Of a DNA stretch of 64,000 nucleotides, positions 1 through 10,125 are shown piece by piece (position 1 is the first letter of the stretch; each line of letters starts with the position of its first letter). The stretch is from an uncultured bacterium. GTDB lineage: Bacteria > Bacillota > Clostridia > Lachnospirales > Lachnospiraceae. Made by a program: the position numbers and the translations under genes. Under the pieces are notes generated by a model, which ran no database searches, was not told the DNA's origin, and worked only from the letters and a program-made list of their open reading frames with translations. The stretch is from the NCBI GenBank assembly GCA_905216215.1, contig CAJMSZ010000002.1, positions 1,782 to 65,781 of the forward strand. The letters run 5' to 3'.

Positions 1-322
1 AACTTCCGTTACAGCTTCTACGAAACGTTCTTTCGGGAATACTGGCATTTCCAGTCTTCTTGCGGAATCCATCATACGTTCTCCGTTTAAGTCCGGACGG
101 AACATTACAATGTGTCCATCCTCTGTAGTATAGGCTTTCAGACCTTCAAATACAGTCTGGGCATATTGAAGAACTCCGGCACATTCACTGATCGTAACCA
201 TAGAATCCGATGTAAGTCCACCTTCATCCCATGCTCCGTCTTTATAATTCGATACATATCTCTGTTCTGTCTCAATATAGCCAAACCCGATATTTGACCA
301 GTCGATTGGTTTTTTCTCCATT
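1..322 (-). CDS. ilvE: Branched-chain amino acid aminotransferase IlvE, N-terminal part; the gene runs off the window start.
   Basis: Reverse-complement translation from the ATG at 322 reads MEKKPIDWSNIGFGYIETEQRYVSNYKDGAWDEGG...VLQYAQTVFEGLKAYTTEDGHIVMFRPDLNGERMMDSARRLEMP with no stop before position 1. The GQTVFEGLKAY motif is typical of class IV aminotransferase IlvE. The gene lies downstream of ilvBN in the same operon. The 138..335 ORF in the track is a different frame and looks spurious. Confidence 0.8.
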
Positions 323-410
323 GTATTTCCTCCATTCTATTCTGTTCGAATCATTTTCTCGGTTTATTATAATACTCTTATTTTCAAAATTCAAGAGTGC
401 ACTCTGTTTT

Positions 411-908
411 TTATCTCTTTGGAAGTGTAATCGCTTCAATTCCCACTGTTCCGCCTCTTACAACCTCAATTGCCTGAAATTCACTGCGTAAAAGTTCTAC
501 AATTGCAGTATTTTTATGGGAAGTATGGAGTGATTCCAGAAGAACGGTATCTCTTCCGTAATCCCTCACACGCATCTGATAGGTCTGTGCAATCTGAAAC
601 AGCTCTGTTTTATCTTCTGGTGTACAGTTACGCACCTTCACAAACATAAGCTCCTGCATCACTACAGAAATTTCTGTAAAATCAATCACTTTGATTACTT
701 CTACCATACGGTTAAGTTGCTTTGTTATCTGTTCATAGGTTTCATCATCGCACATGGTTGCTATTGTCATACGTGAAATGGTAGGGTCTTCTGTCGTTCC
801 AACAGTAAGACTCTCCAGGTTATAACATTTTGCTGCAAATAAGCCTGAAATCTTTGCAAGTACACCAACCTGATTTTCTACAAATAAAGAAATCCATCTT
901 TTTTTCAT
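411..908 (-). CDS. ilvN: Acetolactate synthase small (regulatory) subunit.
   Basis: 165 aa with an ACT-domain start MKKRWISLFVENQVGVLAKISGLFA. It sits immediately downstream of the ALS large subunit with a 19-bp gap. Confidence 0.9.
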   Translation of the reverse strand: MKKRWISLFVENQVGVLAKISGLFAAKCYNLESLTVGTTEDPTISRMTIATMCDDETYEQITKQLNRMVEVIKVIDFTEISVVMQELMFVKVRNCTPEDKTELFQIAQTYQMRVRDYGRDTVLLESLHTSHKNTAIVELLRSEFQAIEVVRGGTVGIEAITLPKR

Positions 909-927
909 CTTTCCACCGTTCCTTTCC

Positions 928-2655
928 TTAACCCATAATCATATCTTCCAGTGTTCCGTTTGGTTTTACCATTGGAAGTACCAGCTCTTCCGGATCAATC
1001 ATAAATTCAATTAATGTAGGTACCTTGCATACTCTGTTTTTCTTTGCCTGTTCAAAAGCAGGTCTGATTTCATCCAGACTTTCCACACGAATTCCTTTTG
1101 CTCCATAGCTTTCTGCCAGCTTAATGAAATCCGGTGTATACTTCGGTGGATGTGCCTCTCCGCGCCGGGTTGCAGCACCAGACTGCAAATCGGTCATAGC
1201 ATATCGTTTTCCATAGAACAGCTTCTGCCACTGACGCACCATTCCAAGGTAAGTATTATTAAACACACACAAAATAAGCGGTAATTCTTCCAGAACAGCC
1301 GTAGCGAATTCCTGAATATTCATCTGCATACCGCCATCTCCAGAAATAGCAATAACGGTCTTCTCCGGATTTCCCACCTGGGCACCCACTGCTCCTGGGA
1401 AGCCAAAGCCCATGGTTCCAAGTCCACCTGACATTACCATCCGGGTTTTTTCGTTCACTTCCAGATACTGAGAAACGAACATCTGATGCTGTCCTACATC
1501 TGTTACCACAATCTTATCATCATCCTTAAATACTTCATTCAGAGTCTGAATAATATCCTGCGGCTGCATCACTGTATCTTTTTTCTTCATTTTAAGCGGA
1601 TGTTCCTCATCCCACGCTTTAATCTGCTTTAACCACTCCGTTCTGTCACAAGGCTCTACATATTCCAACAGACGGAGAATGGCCTCTTTTGCATCTGCAA
1701 CAATCGGCACATCTACATGAATGTTTCTTGAAATAGATGCTGTATCAATATCAATATGTACAATCTGTGCATTTGGTGCAAATTCGTGAATCTTTCCTGT
1801 AATACGGTCATTGAAACGAGTTCCAATGGAAAAGAGTAAATCACAGTTTTCTACAGCCATATTCGATGCATAAGCACCATGCATGCCCAAATTTCCAACA
1901 AACAGCGGATGTTCAGTAGGAATCGCTCCTCTTCCCATAATTGTGGTAACTACAGGAACTCCGGTCTTTTCAGCAAGCTGTTTCATTTCTGCATTTGCTC
2001 CTGCAATATTGACACCACCACCTATCAGGAACAATGGTTTCTGTGCCTTATGAAGCATTTTCACAGCTTTCTTCAGTTGTCCAATATGTACAGTCATTGG
2101 GGGCTTGTATCCACGAATGCGGACAGTATCCGGGTAATCCGGGCTTCCAAGTTCCGCCATTACATCCTTTGGTAAATCTACAAGTACCGGTCCGGGTCTT
2201 CCTGTACGGGCAATATAGAACGCTTCCTTCACAATTCTTCCCAAATCTTCTCTATTGTAGACAGTTACCCCATATTTGGTGATACTTCTCGTGATTCCTA
2301 CGATATCTACCTCCTGGAAAGCATCATTTCCAATCAGATTACGTGGAACCTGTCCGGTAAAACAAACCAATGGAACACTGTCATAGTTCGCTGTTGCAAG
2401 ACCTGTTACCAGATTAGTTGCGCCCGGTCCGCTTGTTACCAGACACACACCAACCTTTCCTGTGGTTCTTGCATAGGCATCTGCCGCATGCACCAGAGCC
2501 TGTTCATGTCTTGGAAGAATTACTTTTGTATAATCTTGTTTATATATTTCATCACTAAGGTCAATGGTACATGCTCCGGGATAACCAAACAATGTATCTA
2601 CGCCTTCTTCTTTCAATGCTTTTACCAATAATTTGTTTCCTGAAATCTTTTTCAT
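928..2655 (-). CDS. ilvB: Acetolactate synthase large (catalytic) subunit, biosynthetic type.
   Basis: 575 aa with thiamine-pyrophosphate enzyme motifs (GYPGACTIDL, TSGPGATNLVTG, GGLGTMGFGFPGAVGA). It is followed by ilvN. Confidence 0.95.
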   Translation of the reverse strand: MKKISGNKLLVKALKEEGVDTLFGYPGACTIDLSDEIYKQDYTKVILPRHEQALVHAADAYARTTGKVGVCLVTSGPGATNLVTGLATANYDSVPLVCFTGQVPRNLIGNDAFQEVDIVGITRSITKYGVTVYNREDLGRIVKEAFYIARTGRPGPVLVDLPKDVMAELGSPDYPDTVRIRGYKPPMTVHIGQLKKAVKMLHKAQKPLFLIGGGVNIAGANAEMKQLAEKTGVPVVTTIMGRGAIPTEHPLFVGNLGMHGAYASNMAVENCDLLFSIGTRFNDRITGKIHEFAPNAQIVHIDIDTASISRNIHVDVPIVADAKEAILRLLEYVEPCDRTEWLKQIKAWDEEHPLKMKKKDTVMQPQDIIQTLNEVFKDDDKIVVTDVGQHQMFVSQYLEVNEKTRMVMSGGLGTMGFGFPGAVGAQVGNPEKTVIAISGDGGMQMNIQEFATAVLEELPLILCVFNNTYLGMVRQWQKLFYGKRYAMTDLQSGAATRRGEAHPPKYTPDFIKLAESYGAKGIRVESLDEIRPAFEQAKKNRVCKVPTLIEFMIDPEELVLPMVKPNGTLEDMIMG

Positions 2656-2689
2656 AGCCTAACCTCCATCTTCCTAATAATAAAAAATG

Positions 2690-2960
2690 CCCCAAGCTAT
2701 TCACATATAAATAGCTTAGGGCGAATCTCATCCGTGTTACCACCTAAATTCAGAGAGTAACTCTCTGCACTCTGTCCAGCACAGACAGAACCTGTCACTA
2801 TGCTGCTCCCCTGTAACGTAGGGAATACGTCAAAGTCTACTGAGACAAAAATCTGTCCGTTGGGTTTGCTGCTCAAAGACTACTTCCATAACTTCCTCTC
2901 GAAGACTTTCACCTGCCGTCTCCTCTCTTTGCTTACAGAACTTATGTACTCCTCCTTATC
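2690..2960 (-). ncRNA. T-box riboswitch leader of the ilvB-ilvN-ilvE operon.
   Basis: On the minus strand the T-box sequence AAUUUAGGUGGUAACACGG is followed by the terminator hairpin GCCCUAAGCUA...UAGCUUGGGGC and a U6 run (around 2690-2735). An upstream stem-I-like region contains AGAGAGG and a GAA-GUU-A / GAA-GUA-G candidate specifier loop. Confidence 0.65.
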
Positions 2961-2996
2961 ATCGCCTTTTAAATATTTGCTTCATGAATTGACATT

Positions 2997-3025
2997 ATTA
3001 TACTTGGGTACAATTTCCTTGTCAA
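2997..3025 (-). promoter_or_regulatory. Consensus sigma-A promoter for the ilvB leader.
   Basis: On the minus strand TTGACA (3025..3020), a 17-nt spacer, then TATAAT (3002..2997). This places the start of a leader of about 300 nt upstream of ilvB. Confidence 0.6.
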
Positions 3026-3052
3026 TGATTGTTTTTCGCAAATGTATTTGAT

Positions 3053-3541
3053 TTATTTTATTCTTTCATATTTTGTAAACACATATTCCAGATCAAAATA
3101 GGTCTGTTCTTCTGTCTCTCCTGTAAGCTCCCACTCCGCATCTTCATCCAGATTTGGAAAATAAGTATCTGCCGCGTAAGCATGGTCTATTTTTGTCACC
3201 AAAGCGGTGTCACAATATGGAAGCATTGACCGGTAAATGCTCTCACCGCCGATCACATAGATTTCTCCATCGTATTTCTTACACTCTTCTATCGCTTCTT
3301 CCACACTGTGTACTACAACAGCTCCTTTCACCTGGTAATTCGGATTTTTGGAAATTACTATATTCACCCGTTTTTGCAAGGGCTGACCTTGTGGAAAGCT
3401 CTCCAGGGTCTTTCTGCCCATAACAACAATATTACCCTTTGTCGTTTCACGAAAGAACTTCATATCTGCCGGGATACTTACCAGCAGTTTATTGTCTTTC
3501 CCTATTGCCCAGTTTTTATCAGCTGCTACGATAATGTTCAT
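3053..3541 (-). CDS. folA: Dihydrofolate reductase.
   Basis: 162 aa. MNIIVAADKNWAIGKDNKLL and VMGRKT(L)ES are DHFR signature regions. It lies directly downstream of thyA. Confidence 0.9.
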   Translation of the reverse strand: MNIIVAADKNWAIGKDNKLLVSIPADMKFFRETTKGNIVVMGRKTLESFPQGQPLQKRVNIVISKNPNYQVKGAVVVHSVEEAIEECKKYDGEIYVIGGESIYRSMLPYCDTALVTKIDHAYAADTYFPNLDEDAEWELTGETEEQTYFDLEYVFTKYERIK

Positions 3542-3581
3542 CTTTCCTGTTCTCCTCTATCTATCTGTGTTGCACTCCAAA

Positions 3582-4430
3582 TTATATTGCCACCGGAATA
3601 TTCTTAATCTGTGGGCCGGTGACATAATTATCCAGTCTTACATCGTCTGTAGTAAACTGGTAGAAATCCTTAATTTCCGGGTTCAGCCAGAAAGTCGGTG
3701 CAGGATGCTGTTCTCTGCTGATCAGTTCTTCCACCATTGGAATATGGCGGTCATAAATATGTGCATCTGCAATTACATGTACCAGCTCACCGACCTCCAT
3801 ATCGCAGACCTGTGCCAGCATATGAACCAGCACCGCATACTGACATACATTCCAGTTATTTGCCGCAAGCACATCCTGGGAACGCTGATTTAGAATCGCA
3901 TTCAAAGTCAGCTTATCTTTTTCCTTTCCCTTCGTCACATTAAATGTCATACTATAAGCACAAGGATAAAGATTCATCTCATGCAGATCCTGATGAACGT
4001 AAATATTTGTCATGATTCTTCTGCTATATGGATTGTTCTTCAAATCATAAATAACCCGGTCAATCTGGTCCATCATTCCCTCTTTATACTGATGTTTCAC
4101 ACCCATCTGATAACCATACGCCTTCCCGATGGAGCCATTCTCATCTGCCCAGCTGTCCCAGATTTTTGGTTTTAAATCATGAATGTTATTTGATTTTCTC
4201 TGCCAAATCCAAAGAAGCTCATCTGTGCAGCTCTTGATTCCTGTCTTACGCAAAGTAAGTGCCGGAAATTCTTTCTGTAAATTGTATCTGTTCACCACAC
4301 CAAACTTTTTAATGGTATAAGCAGGGGTACCATCTGCCCATTTTGGTCTTACCTTTTCCCCTTCTGTACTGGTACCATTGTCAATGATATCTCTACACAT
4401 ATCAACAAAAATTTTGTCTGCGTAACTCAT
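3582..4430 (-). CDS. thyA: Thymidylate synthase.
   Basis: 282 aa with ThyA motifs (PCAYSMTFNV-like catalytic Cys region, HQDLHEMNLYP). It forms a thyA-folA operon. Confidence 0.9.
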   Translation of the reverse strand: MSYADKIFVDMCRDIIDNGTSTEGEKVRPKWADGTPAYTIKKFGVVNRYNLQKEFPALTLRKTGIKSCTDELLWIWQRKSNNIHDLKPKIWDSWADENGSIGKAYGYQMGVKHQYKEGMMDQIDRVIYDLKNNPYSRRIMTNIYVHQDLHEMNLYPCAYSMTFNVTKGKEKDKLTLNAILNQRSQDVLAANNWNVCQYAVLVHMLAQVCDMEVGELVHVIADAHIYDRHIPMVEELISREQHPAPTFWLNPEIKDFYQFTTDDVRLDNYVTGPQIKNIPVAI

Positions 4431-4480
4431 AATATCCTCCTGTAGCTCCTATATTCTGGTCTTGTCCTTAAGGTTCTGTT

Positions 4481-4912
4481 TTACGGTTCCGATATATTAT
4501 ACAGTACCTTTTCCAGTGTTTTTTCAAATGCCTCTACTTCTCTTTTGGTCATTCCAAGTGTCAGCATCTTATCACTCTTCTTACGGTTTATCTCCATTTT
4601 TTTCCGGATGTCGTAGGCCTTTTCCGTCAGATAAATATTCTTACACCGTTTGTCTGAATTACCCGGTACAGAAAAAATAAATCCTTTTTCTTCCAATCTC
4701 TGTAAAAGGCCTGTTACCGTGGGGTTTTTAAGGCTTAAATGCCGTTCTATATCCCTCTGGGTAATCTCCTCTTCATTGCTGTGAAATAAATAATCCAGAA
4801 CTGCACATTGTGAAGAAGTAATCCCCAGTGACTTCATCATACGATTCAGTTCTTTTTCATAAACATTATTAATTTGTTTTATCAGCAGTCCTATGGTTCT
4901 TCTCTCTCTCAC
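4481..4912 (-). CDS. MarR-family transcriptional regulator.
   Basis: 143 aa with a winged-helix region (LGITSSQCAVLDYLFHSNEEEITQRDIERHLSLKNPTVTGLLQRLEEKGFI). It is divergent from the 5138..5992 gene. Confidence 0.8.
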   Translation of the reverse strand: MRERRTIGLLIKQINNVYEKELNRMMKSLGITSSQCAVLDYLFHSNEEEITQRDIERHLSLKNPTVTGLLQRLEEKGFIFSVPGNSDKRCKNIYLTEKAYDIRKKMEINRKKSDKMLTLGMTKREVEAFEKTLEKVLYNISEP

Positions 4913-5137
4913 TGTACAGCATCCTTTCTCTTGTTTTTATAAGCTCATCCATTCACAGCTTCCTTTTATTTTATCACTTTTTTTTCTCTATTAAAAGAAG
5001 TTTTGGAAGAAGTTCCTTGACATCTTTTTCAGACATGATAACATAGTGTTAGACGGACAGCAACCGTAATGTGGTAACTGTTCACTCTATCCCGATGGAC
5101 AGAGTAATATACAACGAAAGACAAGGAGAGAGTACAA

Positions 5138-5992
5138 ATGAATTGTCCTATTTGTAAAAATGAGCTTGAGATCAAGCAAAAAAAAGTCGGTGAAACTGCA
5201 GCCGGAGAAATCATTTATAATGAGTTTGCCATTTGCCACAATTGTAAGAAGCAATGGAATTTAGATAAACAGCGTGCAAAGAAACAAGCTTCTGCAGAAA
5301 ATGAAAAGGCAGAAAAAACGGAAAAAGCGGAAGGTACTGTTGAACACCCTGTCAAGAAACGCAAAAAGCGCCCGGTCTCACCAGAGGACGCAACCAAACG
5401 TGTTGTTAGGAAAGCGCCTTCTGATGTTTCCTCTGAATCCGAAGAGGAAAGACCTCGCAAAGTAAAGAAGAAACGCCCGGTCTCTCAGTCTGATGTTTCT
5501 AAGTCTGATGTTTCTGAAAAAGCAGGCACATCTGAGACTTCTGTGAAACAGACATCCGATGCGCCTCGTCCAAAGAAGAAGAGACCTGTGAATCCAGATG
5601 GTACTCCGGTGCATCGTAAACCAACTTCTGAACACCATGAAGAAAACAGACCTGTACGTACAGCATCGGCAGATAGTGAACATCCTCATAAGGTAAAGAA
5701 AAAACGTCCTGTTCCTTCTGTGGCTGAAGATTATTCCAATGATTTTGTAGATTTTGACCGTGATGATAATCTGGAGGAAATTTCTCTGCCGAAGGAGAAT
5801 TCTTCTTGCTCCAACATTCCACCGAAACATATACGCGAAGCACGGGAAAAAGAGATGCGTGAAAACTATCAGAACATGTTGGATGAAGACGATGAGGAAG
5901 AGGGCGGTGCACCAATTGCGTTAATTCTCATCATTATCATCATTCTTCTTGCAGTTGCTGCATTCTGTGGATATTGGTTTATTTTGAGATAA
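5138..5992 (+). CDS. Hypothetical tail-anchored zinc-ribbon protein with a basic repeat linker.
   Basis: The N-terminus has a CPICKN...CHNCKK zinc ribbon. This is followed by about 200 residues of low-complexity sequence with five KKKRPV-type repeats. The C-terminus is a single hydrophobic helix (PIALILIIIIILLAVAAFCGYWFIL). An extended -10 promoter TTGACA-N16-TGaTAACAT lies around 5016-5045. It shares a bidirectional terminator with the 6118..6606 gene. Confidence 0.6.
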   Translation: MNCPICKNELEIKQKKVGETAAGEIIYNEFAICHNCKKQWNLDKQRAKKQASAENEKAEKTEKAEGTVEHPVKKRKKRPVSPEDATKRVVRKAPSDVSSESEEERPRKVKKKRPVSQSDVSKSDVSEKAGTSETSVKQTSDAPRPKKKRPVNPDGTPVHRKPTSEHHEENRPVRTASADSEHPHKVKKKRPVPSVAEDYSNDFVDFDRDDNLEEISLPKENSSCSNIPPKHIREAREKEMRENYQNMLDEDDEEEGGAPIALILIIIIILLAVAAFCGYWFILR

Positions 5993-6065
5993 TTCGGCAC
6001 GAAAATTTCATTCATACGGATGGATTCACCGGAACACCTGTTGAAATTATTGATGTACATATCAA

Positions 6066-6106
6066 CAAAAATCCTGCAAAGGTCTACACTTTGCAGGATT
6101 TTTTCA
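6066..6106. terminator. Bidirectional intrinsic terminator.
   Basis: AAAAATCCTGCAAAGGTCTACACTTTGCAGGATTTTTT is a perfect stem flanked by an A-run and a T-run. It lies between the convergent genes 5138..5992 (+) and 6118..6606 (-). Confidence 0.7.
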
Positions 6107-6117
6107 TCACTGATATT

Positions 6118-6606
6118 CTATTTGTGCACCTTTCTCGGTGCCATCATGCTCATTCCATCCACAATCACATCATTTGGTTCAAATATAATGCGTTTCTTTT
6201 CTCCATTTTTTATAACAATCATTTCATACAGTCTCCCATCTTTGTTTCCAGAACTGTAATCTCGTGCTTTCAGGCTTTGATACAATCTAAGTTCAGCTGC
6301 ACCTTTCGGAGCCATTACTTCCAAATCGGTGATTTCCATCTCAAAAGCTTTCTTTCTGCGGGATTTGGACATGATCTTATCAATATCAAGATTTCCATTA
6401 ATATACAAATATTCGTATTCAACATCCAGACTTCTAAATAACCAGACATCCACCGCAGCCATGATAAAAACACCCAGAAGCCATACTGGATTTCCCAGTG
6501 TCATAATAACGATTCCCAATGTAAGTATAACCAAAAGAACCTTAATTTCCTTGTCTTTACCTGAAGACTGTTTCTTTAACAATTGCTCTGTATATATGTC
6601 ACTCAT
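6118..6606 (-). CDS. Hypothetical small membrane protein.
   Basis: 162 aa with two predicted TM helices (VLLVILTLGIVIMTLG and VWLLGVFIMAAVDVWLF) followed by a soluble domain. I recognise no motif. Confidence 0.5.
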   Translation of the reverse strand: MSDIYTEQLLKKQSSGKDKEIKVLLVILTLGIVIMTLGNPVWLLGVFIMAAVDVWLFRSLDVEYEYLYINGNLDIDKIMSKSRRKKAFEMEITDLEVMAPKGAAELRLYQSLKARDYSSGNKDGRLYEMIVIKNGEKKRIIFEPNDVIVDGMSMMAPRKVHK

Positions 6607-6654
6607 AATAAACCTCCAAATCTAAGCTTCCTCTATCATACCACCTTTTTTACA

Positions 6655-6685
6655 AAAAGAAAACTCCTCATTCGAGGAGTTCTCA
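6655..6685 (-). terminator. Intrinsic terminator downstream of groEL.
   Basis: The hairpin AACTCCTC-attc-GAGGAGTT is followed on the minus strand by a U-run. Confidence 0.6.
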
Positions 6686-6722
6686 ATCACATCAAAATCA
6701 CACTTTTTCAAGATGTTTCTTC

Positions 6723-8656
<1,934 letters not shown>

Positions 8657-8683
8657 CGTAATTCCTCCTTAAAGTTCAATATA

Positions 8684-8710
8684 TTAGCACTCATTCTTTT
8701 TGAGTGCTAG
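8684..8710. promoter_or_regulatory. CIRCE operator (HrcA binding site) upstream of groES.
   Basis: TTAGCACTC-N9-GAGTGCTAg matches the CIRCE consensus TTAGCACTC-N9-GAGTGCTAA. It lies about 30 bp upstream of the groES start codon. Confidence 0.85.
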
Positions 8711-8775
8711 TAGCTGATAGATATAAAATATCACTATGTATGGCATTTGTCAACACGACTTTTTTTATTTTATAA

Positions 8776-9081
8776 TTACTTTATATTTCTTTCATAAAAT
8801 CCATTTAAGACCTGAAAAACTATAATTTTACCTGCATGATTTCCATATCGGTCTACAATTTTTCCCACACACTGGACTTCACCTGTCAGAGTTTCCATTC
8901 TGCACTCATAAATTGCATCTAAAGAAATGCCAGTCATCTGCCCGGTTTCCATCAGCAAATGAATCTGCTCCGTCTCCTTCTGATATTCAATTACTGTACA
9001 TTTATACAGGGTAGTGTCTAATTCCATTCCTTCTTTCAGACACTTTTCCATTACAATCGCTGCTTTATCTCCATCGTACAT
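8776..9081 (-). CDS. Hypothetical small protein.
   Basis: 101 aa, MYDGDKAAIVMEKCLKEGMELDTTLYKCTVIEYQKETEQIHLLMETGQ.... I recognise no signature. It sits between groES and codY. Confidence 0.4.
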   Translation of the reverse strand: MYDGDKAAIVMEKCLKEGMELDTTLYKCTVIEYQKETEQIHLLMETGQMTGISLDAIYECRMETLTGEVQCVGKIVDRYGNHAGKIIVFQVLNGFYERNIK

Positions 9082-9205
9082 ACTGTTCCGACTCCCTTCT
9101 ATTTTTTCTTCTATTTTTTGAATTGTATACAGTTATTTCACACACATGGAAAACAAGGGCATCAGATGCTTTCTGATACCCTTTTCTTTTGTTGCTTATT
9201 CCGTT

Positions 9206-10003
9206 TTATTTCATTTTTTCTTTTTTGATTTTTTCCAGTTCTTTGAACACGTAATCATTTACAACCTTAATATATGTTCCCTTCATACCAGATGAGCGGG
9301 ATTCAATCACTCCCGCACTTTCAAACTTGCGAAGTGCATTTACAATAACCGAACGGGTAATTCCGACCCGGTCTGCAATCTTACTTGCCACAAGAATACC
9401 TTCCATACCATCCAGTTCATCAAATATATGGACAATTGCTTCCAATTCAGAAAAAGAAAGTGTGCTGATCGCAGACTGTACAATCTGCTCTTTTCTTGTC
9501 TCTTCTGCATTTTCTTCATTGACTGAGCGGAGCATCTCAAGGCCCACCACTGTGGTTCCGTACTCACTCAGAATAATATCATCAATCTCATAATCCTTAT
9601 CCTTCTTGTAAAGGAACAGAGTACCGAGTCTTTCCCCGGCAATGTCAATCGGCGCAGTAATAGCCTGATAACCTTCTACAATCTCAGGCGTAAATCCCAA
9701 AGTCTCCAGATTTACATTCTCTCTTGTAGAAAGTATGTTCAGAAGACGCTCATTCAGCATCTCATCAATATGTCCACCAACTTCTCCACCAAGTAATTCT
9801 TTAATCTCAGCAAAACCAGGATATGCGCTTGCACCCAATACCTTTCCTTTCTTGCTGATTACTAAAACATTTGAAAGCAAAATCTCTGTAAGCACTTTAC
9901 AGATATCGTTGAAAACAACTTTGCTTGAGCTGTTATTGTGGAGTAACTTATTAATTTTTCTTGTCTTGTCTAATAACTGTACACTCATTTTTACCTCCAT
10001 CAC
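9206..10003 (-). CDS. codY: GTP-sensing pleiotropic repressor CodY.
   Basis: The C-terminal HTH ASKIADRVGITRSVIVNALRKFESAGVIESRSSGMKGTYIKVVN is almost identical to B. subtilis CodY. The N-terminal GAF-like region is also present. The true start is probably the MSVQLLDKTRKINKLL Met at about 9988. A terminator hairpin lies at about 9157-9181. Confidence 0.93.
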   Translation of the reverse strand: MMEVKMSVQLLDKTRKINKLLHNNSSSKVVFNDICKVLTEILLSNVLVISKKGKVLGASAYPGFAEIKELLGGEVGGHIDEMLNERLLNILSTRENVNLETLGFTPEIVEGYQAITAPIDIAGERLGTLFLYKKDKDYEIDDIILSEYGTTVVGLEMLRSVNEENAEETRKEQIVQSAISTLSFSELEAIVHIFDELDGMEGILVASKIADRVGITRSVIVNALRKFESAGVIESRSSGMKGTYIKVVNDYVFKELEKIKKEKMK

Positions 10004-10125
10004 ATTTCGAAAAAACTATTGTCCCAATAATCCGAACAACTGCAAAAATATGAACAAGGTAAGTTTATCATACAATTTTAGATAATTCAATGAATTTTTT
10101 TAATTTACTTATATTTTCGAATAAT

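Noticed and set aside
138-335. The ORF-track 65-aa minus-strand ORF (MEEIQW...) at the window start.
   Set aside because: It is in a different frame from the clear IlvE N-terminal reading frame (MEKKPIDWSNIGFGYIETEQRY... from 322 to 1). It has no homology signal. I treat it as spurious.
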